Assembly: GCA_021159225.1 (NCBI GenBank)
Contig: JAGGSE010000232.1
Location: 23,015-87,014 of the forward strand
Length of the DNA stretch: 64,000 nt
Reading direction: 5' to 3'
Source of the DNA: a bacterium
GTDB taxonomy: Bacteria; Patescibacteriota; Minisyncoccia; Minisyncoccales; JAGGSE01
Shown: one piece after another, positions 7,824 to 14,572 of the stretch
Layout: the number at the start of each line of letters is the position of its first letter
Position numbering within the stretch: position 1 is the stretch's first letter
Made by a program: the position numbers and the translations under genes
The notes under the pieces: generated by a model
The model's database searches: none
The model's input: only the letters and a program-made list of their open reading frames with translations
What the model was told of the DNA's origin: nothing

Positions 7824-9012
7824 GATAACATTTCTGGGTTCTAAGGGTATGATTGAGGAAAGTTCCCCTCATCACAAACTGAGAACAGGTATTGTAGTCG
7901 AGACTCGCAGAGCGCGTTTCCAAATTGACTGTGGTGAAGAGGAGTTCTTTGATAACCTTAAGGACGTGGATTTTTTGTATGTAAGTCATTGTTATGATGA
8001 GAAGACTGAAGTTTTTACTAATCGTGGCTGGAAGAGGTTTACTGAGTTAAGTAGTTCGGATTACGTCGCGACATTGGATGAGGACGATCGATTAGTGTTT
8101 GAGAAGCCTATAGATTATATTGAGCAAGATTACACTGGGTTAATGTATTACTTGAGTACGGATTTTTTGAATATGATGGTGACTCCTAATCACAATTTGT
8201 ATATTTCGGAGAACTTTGATGACCCTTCCTTTTCTCTTATCCCTGCCGCGAGGTGTTTTGGGCGCCCTAAGATGTTTACGTGCTCTTTTAAATGTGAACA
8301 ACACGATACTTCTCTGGCACAAGCAGTTTTTTCTGACAGTCGTTCCTCTACCGCTAAGTCAGTAACCTCCGGTAGTCAAGAGTCCTGGGTTCCTTACGAC
8401 GGGAAAGTTTACTGTGTTACTTTACCCGAGTACACTAGGCATATACTGTTGACTCGCCGTGAGGGTAAAGTGTGCTTTTCCGGGAACTCACACCCAGATC
8501 ATGTAAGTGGCTTAAAACACAAGGAAATTCCGACGACGTTGGTGTCTACGTCGCTCGTTCGACGTCAATTAGTCCGTAATTGGAAGGTCACTCCTACTCT
8601 TTTTTCTTCACTTCCTTTTGAGTACGAAGATGTGTCGTTAAAAGCTGTTTCTTGTTTTCACTCTATTCGATGTCCTATGTGGGGTGTTGTAATAAATAAC
8701 GAATTGGGTATCTTTACGGATGTTATACGACCACGTGCTGGCTGGGGGATTCTCAAGGGACTCCGAGTTTACATTGGTGATGGCTCCGCGATTAACCATC
8801 CCATAATCCGCGTTAAGGAAAAGGGAGGAGAACCGTTCGGGCACACTTGTATGAAATCTCAACTCCGATATGCTTCTCAATTGAATTGGCAAACAGTTGT
8901 TTTTACTCATCTTGGCCGCCAGCCTGTTTTGAAAGGTGATGAGAGAGTGAGAGAAATTCTCGGTGTGGAGGATTTAATTATTGCGAAGGATGGACTTACA
9001 ATCGAAGTTTGA
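7813..9012 (+). CDS. metallo-beta-lactamase-fold hydrolase interrupted by a mini-intein
   Basis: GTG 7813 gives VKYKITFLGSKG (an MBL-type N-terminus). LYVSH / intein / SHPDHVSG restores HxHxDH, and later His (CFHS), Asp (IFTDV) and His (FTHLG) motifs are present. Confidence 0.75.
   Translation: MKYKITFLGSKGMIEESSPHHKLRTGIVVETRRARFQIDCGEEEFFDNLKDVDFLYVSHCYDEKTEVFTNRGWKRFTELSSSDYVATLDEDDRLVFEKPIDYIEQDYTGLMYYLSTDFLNMMVTPNHNLYISENFDDPSFSLIPAARCFGRPKMFTCSFKCEQHDTSLAQAVFSDSRSSTAKSVTSGSQESWVPYDGKVYCVTLPEYTRHILLTRREGKVCFSGNSHPDHVSGLKHKEIPTTLVSTSLVRRQLVRNWKVTPTLFSSLPFEYEDVSLKAVSCFHSIRCPMWGVVINNELGIFTDVIRPRAGWGILKGLRVYIGDGSAINHPIIRVKEKGGEPFGHTCMKSQLRYASQLNWQTVVFTHLGRQPVLKGDERVREILGVEDLIIAKDGLTIEV
7990..8487 (+). 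mobile_element. mini-intein (166 codons, no endonuclease domain) in the MBL-fold gene
   Basis: It has Cys1 (CYDEKTEVFTNRGWK), block B TPNH, and C-terminal KVYCVTLPEY...VCFSGN followed by Ser+1. It is in frame, and its removal recreates a conserved host motif. Confidence 0.8.
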
Positions 9013-9220
9013 GTCAGAGGTGCCGAAGTACAGACATCGAACACGAAAACGTAGAATTCCTGTTTACTATCGACTTAGAAGGGAGTACCGAAGTAGGGTA
9101 CCGTGGTTTCGTGAGTGGGCCGTTCTAAAACGTTATGTCACCGTGGATGATGCTGAAAAAGCTGTTAAGGTCTTGAACGCTAAGGATAAGTGGTTTGAAT
9201 ATAGTTTAGATCCTTATTAA
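8981..9220 (+). CDS. small basic protein, unknown function
   Basis: The 79-aa ORF is very Arg/Lys/Tyr rich (KYRHRTRKRRIPVYYRLRREYRSR). The start is uncertain. Confidence 0.3.
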   Translation: MRRMDLQSKFESEVPKYRHRTRKRRIPVYYRLRREYRSRVPWFREWAVLKRYVTVDDAEKAVKVLNAKDKWFEYSLDPY

Positions 9221-9230
9221 GGAGATTGGC

Positions 9231-10229
9231 GTGAAATTTAGAGTCCCTCCTGAGTGGATTGAGAAATGGATTACCAAGGGCGGACGTAGAGTTCCGATTA
9301 TTAAAAAGGAGTTCCGCCAAGCTTTCTTGTGGACTTTCGCCTTTGCCAGGAAGTCTCCTCTTCGAGTTGTTGACTCCCGGTCTATTAATGAAACGCTAGA
9401 AGGGGCGGGCTTCGAGACTTTTAGGTTTCTCGAGAACGTTGCAGCGCCTCATCCCGAAGTCCGCAGGAAAGTCCTTCCTCAGGCTGATGCATTTTTGAAT
9501 TTTTTTATTGGGAGTGCTGAGAGTGAAAGAGCATTTCGTAATGTAAGTTTATCCTTTCATCGTTATACGTCGTCTGCTCCAATAGGGTGTTATGTTGATG
9601 CCTATATTCTTAGGTCGACGGGGAAAATTGAAAGAGAGCTCACACAACAGTGCCTTGAACAATTTTCCGCAAATGATCGTGTCCATCTCAGACACGTTCT
9701 GGGAATTACTCTTCCTAAGGTTCAAAGGGTTCCTTCTGAGGTTAAGGATCTTGCTGAGTACGCGTTTCCGCAAGGATCGGGGGCTATTAGTATGCTAGTG
9801 TACTCCCCTAGGCGGCGTGATGTTCCTTATGATCTTACTTTTCTCCATGAATGCTGTCATTTTGTTCAGAGTCAGCTTGCTACTCGGGCTCCTGATTATT
9901 ATGTAGAATTTGGTCGAAGTGTTTATGCTCCTTACCTTCAGAGAGTTTTGCCTGAAGCTGTACAGCTCTTTCAGCAAGCTACTAAGCATTATGGTTCGGT
10001 ACGCCCTTCAGTTAGGCGTAATTTTGTGAGGTTGCAGTTTTATCGGGCTTTAATGGACGACCCTTTTAACACGTCCGTGATATCAATTCCCAGCCTTCAA
10101 AGTCCAGAAGAGGGCTTTTCTGAGGCTTTTTCGCTTTTTGCACATTCAAATCTTCAGCATCGTAGGTTTCTTAGACTTAAGTGGCCTGAGGCACGTGACT
10201 ATTTTGCTACTTTGGAAGGAGTACTGTGA
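9231..10229 (+). CDS. HExxH zincin-like protein with N-terminal WITKGGRRVPI motif
   Basis: AAGGAG precedes GTG 9231. FLHECCHFV (HExxH) is followed about 85 aa later by EEGFSEAFSLFA. The portal fusion C-terminus shows the same HExxH...E.F.E.F arrangement. Confidence 0.5.
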   Translation: MKFRVPPEWIEKWITKGGRRVPIIKKEFRQAFLWTFAFARKSPLRVVDSRSINETLEGAGFETFRFLENVAAPHPEVRRKVLPQADAFLNFFIGSAESERAFRNVSLSFHRYTSSAPIGCYVDAYILRSTGKIERELTQQCLEQFSANDRVHLRHVLGITLPKVQRVPSEVKDLAEYAFPQGSGAISMLVYSPRRRDVPYDLTFLHECCHFVQSQLATRAPDYYVEFGRSVYAPYLQRVLPEAVQLFQQATKHYGSVRPSVRRNFVRLQFYRALMDDPFNTSVISIPSLQSPEEGFSEAFSLFAHSNLQHRRFLRLKWPEARDYFATLEGVL

Positions 10230-10468
10230 TGACTGAATTCGACCCAATTCGGTGGCTGTCCAAGTATCGAGCAAAACATCTCGGAGAAGATCACTTCTCC
10301 CTGTGCTCTTTTTGTAAACATTTCCGTGAGGATTGTACTTGTGTAGCGTTTCCCAAAGGAATTCCAGGAAAGTACTTGTTCTTTGATGTCTATCACCTTG
10401 AGAAAGATCCTTCTCAGAAAGGGGATGCTGTATTTGAATTGTCTTCTCGTTTTGTGAAGGAGAAGTAA
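10226..10468 (+). CDS. small Cys/His-rich protein
   Basis: The 80-aa product contains CSFCKHFREDCTCVAFPKGIP. It has a GTGATGA-type overlap with the upstream stop. Confidence 0.4.
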   Translation: MMTEFDPIRWLSKYRAKHLGEDHFSLCSFCKHFREDCTCVAFPKGIPGKYLFFDVYHLEKDPSQKGDAVFELSSRFVKEK

Positions 10469-10470
10469 CT

Positions 10471-11439
10471 ATGCTGAAGATTTTATATATTTGTAAAGAC
10501 TTTACTAACTGGATTGGACATGGACATCTAGCCTTTAAGAAAGCTCTTGCTAAAGTTGCTGATGTTACTTTTCATCACAAGCCCTGTCACGTACCTACGC
10601 TATTGAAGGAGCTCGCTGACAAAGGGAAAACTTTTGATCTACTCATGTTGGGTGAAGCTCCTCCAGTAACTCCTCCTTTGACAGGGCTAGCTGAGATTAA
10701 GCTTCCTAAGGTAGTTCACTATTGGGATGTTCATGCTTATCAGAGAGATCGGCTCCTGTTTATCAAGGAGAATAAAATCGACTTTGTGGTAGTAAAGTTT
10801 AAAGAAGGGACGCTCAAGTTGTTTCCTCGACTCCTTGATGTAGTTCCTTGTGAGTGGTTACCTATTGGAGTTGACACTCACGTGTTTAAGAAATGGTCTC
10901 AAACGAAGACCATAGACATCTTACTAACCGGAGCTATTCTCCCTGATGTTTATCCTATGAGAACATCTTATTTACGTACGTTTAAGGGGTACCCTGGTTT
11001 TGTACACGTCCCTCATCCTGGTTATGGTCACTTTGATTCACGAACTGCGATTGTTCATGATACCTACGCGAAGCTTTTGAACTCAGCTAAAGTTTGCCCT
11101 ACTTGTGGTAGTATCTACAATTACTCCATTCAGAAGTTCTTCGAGATTCCCGCGTCTTTTTCTCTTTTGGCAGCTCCACCTATTAACGACATTGTAGAAC
11201 TTGGGTACGTTCCAGATAAACACTTTTTGCCCGTCTCACCAACTTCCTTTGAGGATAAAATTCTCTCAGTGTTAAGGGACGAAGACCGCTTAGTTGAGAT
11301 TACGACACGAGGGTATAGATTAGTTCGTAAGTTCCACAGTGTCGATGTGAGAGCAAAGCAGTTTGTTAACTTGATGTGTAGAGCTGTATTGGGCGTTAAG
11401 CAGCCATTTGATGGGTTAAGGGAGTTTTCTCTGAGGTGA
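10471..11439 (+). CDS. possible CgeB-like / GT1-like glycosyltransferase
   Basis: MLKILYICKD... at the N-terminus and AKVCPTCGSIYNYSIQKFFEIPASFSLLAAPP resemble the CgeB-family C-terminal pattern. This call is from memory only. Confidence 0.4.
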   Translation: MLKILYICKDFTNWIGHGHLAFKKALAKVADVTFHHKPCHVPTLLKELADKGKTFDLLMLGEAPPVTPPLTGLAEIKLPKVVHYWDVHAYQRDRLLFIKENKIDFVVVKFKEGTLKLFPRLLDVVPCEWLPIGVDTHVFKKWSQTKTIDILLTGAILPDVYPMRTSYLRTFKGYPGFVHVPHPGYGHFDSRTAIVHDTYAKLLNSAKVCPTCGSIYNYSIQKFFEIPASFSLLAAPPINDIVELGYVPDKHFLPVSPTSFEDKILSVLRDEDRLVEITTRGYRLVRKFHSVDVRAKQFVNLMCRAVLGVKQPFDGLREFSLR

Positions 11440-12512
11440 GAATCGCAATTCTAGGGGCAGACGGCTACTTAGGTTTTGCACTTTCACATCATTTGCTTAG
11501 AGAAGGGCACTCTGTACTAGGCGTTGACAATTTAAAGCGGGAGTCTTTAGTAGAGGCGACCTCCTCTTATTCGATTATTCGTCACTCTTTTGAGTCCTTA
11601 AAAGATTTACAGACTGTTGAGTTAGATGTTACAGATTCCGCTGCCTTACGTGACCGATTGGAGAAGTTTGAGCCTGATTTGATTGTCGACTTATCCCGGT
11701 TATACAGCCCAGCCCTTTTTCAGCAGCGAGACCAATTGCTTTGTGTTACTAACCTTTACAACACCATTTCGGTTGTAAATACACTAGCTTCGTCCGCTTT
11801 ACGTAACGTTCCTTTATTTGTGGTAACCGATCTAAACTCCTATTATCCCTCACAACTACCGGTTCCAGAAGGTCCGTTATTGATTCACCACAATGAGCTT
11901 GAGGATTTTTTACCTTTTCCATTGAAAGGGGACTCTCTTAATCAGTGTACTGAAGCCTTTGTTCAAATTTTCTTAACATATGCTCGTAACCACTTAAAAC
12001 TCAAGTTAGTCGATCTCCGTGTAGGTTCTGTGTATGGTGTGTATCCAAGTGAGGAACCACTTCATCGATTGCACGTTGACAAGTTTCATAGTACCGTCAT
12101 TAACTACTATTGCGCCCGAGGCGTCCGTCAAGGGATCGTAAATGTGCCTCAGGAGGGTTACTATACTATTATCTCGTTGAATCAATTTGTTGAGAGTTTT
12201 ACTTACTTGTTGACTAAGAAGGTGGACAAACCCATTGTTCATTTGTTCGATCGGCTGGTCAGCTTTCAGGATTTGATTTATAAGATAAAACATGTTTTTG
12301 CGGAGGATTTTGGGTATAGACTACGAATTGGGTTCTTTCGTACTAAAACATTTGAGTTTACTTGGCCACAGTTTGTCCACATTGAAAGGGAACTCTTGAG
12401 TGATTGTTTCTTAAGTGATACAATTGAGCTTGAGGATGATTTGAGAACGTTGATCGATGTGTGCTTCAGGAATAAGAAGAAAATCACTTCGTTACCTCGT
12501 TCTTTGTGGTAG
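11436..12512 (+). CDS. NAD(P)-binding extended-SDR (epimerase/dehydratase-like) protein, catalytic YxxxK not evident
   Basis: The Rossmann motif is IAILGADGYLGFALSHHLLREGHSVLGVDN. At the expected PYGxSKxxxE position the sequence reads SLNQCTEAF. Confidence 0.6.
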   Translation: MRIAILGADGYLGFALSHHLLREGHSVLGVDNLKRESLVEATSSYSIIRHSFESLKDLQTVELDVTDSAALRDRLEKFEPDLIVDLSRLYSPALFQQRDQLLCVTNLYNTISVVNTLASSALRNVPLFVVTDLNSYYPSQLPVPEGPLLIHHNELEDFLPFPLKGDSLNQCTEAFVQIFLTYARNHLKLKLVDLRVGSVYGVYPSEEPLHRLHVDKFHSTVINYYCARGVRQGIVNVPQEGYYTIISLNQFVESFTYLLTKKVDKPIVHLFDRLVSFQDLIYKIKHVFAEDFGYRLRIGFFRTKTFEFTWPQFVHIERELLSDCFLSDTIELEDDLRTLIDVCFRNKKKITSLPRSLW

Positions 12513-12523
12513 GAGGAAAGAGT

Positions 12524-13411
12524 ATGAGAGTCCTAATCTTGGACGATGAGGCGCCAGTAAGGGACTTTTTTAAGTCTTTCCTCGAGAGTAGTTTTGACAA
12601 TTGTGAGTGTTATACTTGCGGTTCAGTTCAAGAGTTTAAGAAGTTAAATACTGAAGTCAATCCCGATTTCTACATCCTTGACGTTGTCCTACTCAATGGG
12701 CAAGTGTTCTCAGCGGTGGACCAGTTTGACCCTGCACGGGCGATACTTGTGACAGGTTACGATTCGGATAGAGTTCGTAAAATCGCCCGCGTATATGGGT
12801 TTCACGGGGTTCTTCCCAAGCCTGTAAATGGAGACGTGTTGAAAAGTATGCTGGATTCTTTGGTATTGAGGGTGAGCCCCCGCTTACGGTCTAGAGTTCA
12901 GGATTTAATGGGCGTTTTCCCGAAACTGTTTGAAGTTCTTGCAAAGAGTTTGGTTAGTGGGCAGAAAGTGCAAGAATGTGTTGAGATAGTTGGTAAAGCT
13001 CTTAACGCAACAGTGATAGTTTCCCCATTTGAACAAGGTGGTATGATTAGTTTCCCTTTGTTTGCATACTTTAAAGAGGGCGAACCTAAAATGCCCCGAC
13101 GATTTAAGTTACCTAAAGGTTGGTTTGATCAGTTGTTGAACGGGAAATTTGTTACCTGTTTCGAACAGGGACTCGACGAGCTTGGCATCGATGTTAAGAG
13201 GGCTTTAGCATTTCCTATCAAGGGCGAAGGTATAGGTCAATGGGGTTTCTTCTTGACTTATGATGATAAGGATGCTCCTTATTCTCAAGAGGAAATTACG
13301 TTCGTGAAGTGTGTTACGGATATTCTTGCTCTTGCATTACTCCGGCTACGTCATAATACTACTCTCGAGACTGTGCTTCGCAACGCCATTACGAAGGTGA
13401 GTGCTTTTTGA
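12524..13411 (+). CDS. response-regulator receiver domain fused to a GAF-like domain
   Basis: AGGAGG precedes ATG 12524. The receiver residues are MRVLILDDE (acidic pair), DFYILDVVL (phospho-acceptor Asp), AILVTGY (Thr) and VLPKP (Lys). The C-terminal half has GAF-like periodicity. Confidence 0.65.
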   Translation: MRVLILDDEAPVRDFFKSFLESSFDNCECYTCGSVQEFKKLNTEVNPDFYILDVVLLNGQVFSAVDQFDPARAILVTGYDSDRVRKIARVYGFHGVLPKPVNGDVLKSMLDSLVLRVSPRLRSRVQDLMGVFPKLFEVLAKSLVSGQKVQECVEIVGKALNATVIVSPFEQGGMISFPLFAYFKEGEPKMPRRFKLPKGWFDQLLNGKFVTCFEQGLDELGIDVKRALAFPIKGEGIGQWGFFLTYDDKDAPYSQEEITFVKCVTDILALALLRLRHNTTLETVLRNAITKVSAF

Positions 13412-13700
13412 AGTAACGGTGGACTTAAGGAATCTCTCTACAGTCGAAGAATTGTTGGTTGAACTAGTACGAGGGAATACGTCTGCCACGGAGAAGTTAG
13501 TTGAGCGGGTGACTGTGATTGAACGTAAGGCAGAAAGTCTGTGTGAAAATCAAACTTCTGTTGTGTCGAGTGTGACTGAAGTTAAACTCCGAGTAGATGA
13601 TATTTGGCGTATTTTACGGAGTTTGTTCATTAAAGTTATCCTAGTTTGTGGCTCCGTTTGTGCGATTAGTTTCGTGTTAGGATATCTTTTAAAAGGATAG
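13401..13700 (+). CDS. tail-anchored membrane protein
   Basis: The 99-aa product has a helical N-terminal part and a C-terminal TM segment (VILVCGSVCAISFVLGYLL). Confidence 0.4.
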   Translation: MLFEVTVDLRNLSTVEELLVELVRGNTSATEKLVERVTVIERKAESLCENQTSVVSSVTEVKLRVDDIWRILRSLFIKVILVCGSVCAISFVLGYLLKG

Positions 13701-13702
13701 GA

Positions 13703-14494
13703 TTACATCTCCGTGATCTTGAAAGAGACCTTCCGCAGTGTTAGATCGTACACCGGAATACAGTTTTGGTGTACTCCCCCCTTTAGCGCTTTAATCTCTG
13801 GCCTCTCTTCTACCGGGAACATTCTCTGTAGTCTAATATAAAGAGGAACGAAGTAGTAAATAGGTATTTTGGGTATTAAGAAGAGATGATATGCAGGTGC
13901 GTAGTGTATAAAGTTTTTGATAAGTGTCTGTTTTTCGGGTAAGTCGTTGACTATTTTGTGAAGATCAATGGAAATTGGGTTGGTATAGTTTTTAGGGTAC
14001 ATAGGCGCGTACTTCCTACTCAAGACCGGCGGTGTGAGCTCTAAATTGTAGATGGGAGCGAACGTTGAGAAAGGTGTTCCGTAGTATGCGTTTGACCAGT
14101 GAACATAAGTTGGTAGAAATTTTTCGAGGACTTGTTTGGTCACTCTGGCGATTGGGTCTTCTTCAATCTTGAGAGGAGTGAAGACCATAAAATCGAGATC
14201 GTGCGGTGTTCCGTAGAAGACTGATCCTGTTACGATCACGTAGGGGTTTTTGATCTGGAAAGGTAACATCCTGTTCAAACTTCTTTTTACTTTATGAGCG
14301 TTTACCCCTCTCTTACGCAGTTCTCTGACTATTAAGCTGTCGAGTTTCATAAGCTGCGATAGAGTCAAACCCCCGACTTTCCCTCCTTTTTTTCGGGCCT
14401 TTTTAATCAGGGCTACTACAATTGAGTGCTTAAAAAGCAGGTCTTTAGTAGGGATTTTTGATAAATCGGCCCCTAAAAGCTGAGTTACTTTCAT
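13703..14494 (-). CDS. Pol-beta-superfamily nucleotidyltransferase-like protein
   Basis: On the - strand AAGGAG lies 6 nt before ATG 14494. VTGSVFYGTPHDLDFMVF fits the GS-x(n)-DxD minimal NTase motif. This is the second lone - strand gene. Confidence 0.5.
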   Translation of the reverse strand: MKVTQLLGADLSKIPTKDLLFKHSIVVALIKKARKKGGKVGGLTLSQLMKLDSLIVRELRKRGVNAHKVKRSLNRMLPFQIKNPYVIVTGSVFYGTPHDLDFMVFTPLKIEEDPIARVTKQVLEKFLPTYVHWSNAYYGTPFSTFAPIYNLELTPPVLSRKYAPMYPKNYTNPISIDLHKIVNDLPEKQTLIKNFIHYAPAYHLFLIPKIPIYYFVPLYIRLQRMFPVEERPEIKALKGGVHQNCIPVYDLTLRKVSFKITEM

Positions 14495-14503
14495 ACTTAC
14501 TCC

Positions 14504-14532
14504 TTGCACTAGTTGGTTGGTTCTAGTATAAA
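14504..14532 (+). promoter_or_regulatory. sigma70-like promoter candidate for the head operon
   Basis: TTGCAC (14504-14509), a 17-nt spacer and TATAAA (14527-14532) lie in the 78-nt divergent intergenic region upstream of the portal gene. Confidence 0.4.
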
Positions 14533-14572
14533 GGTAAGGAGACGCCGAGTCAACCCGTAGAGGAGGAAGACT

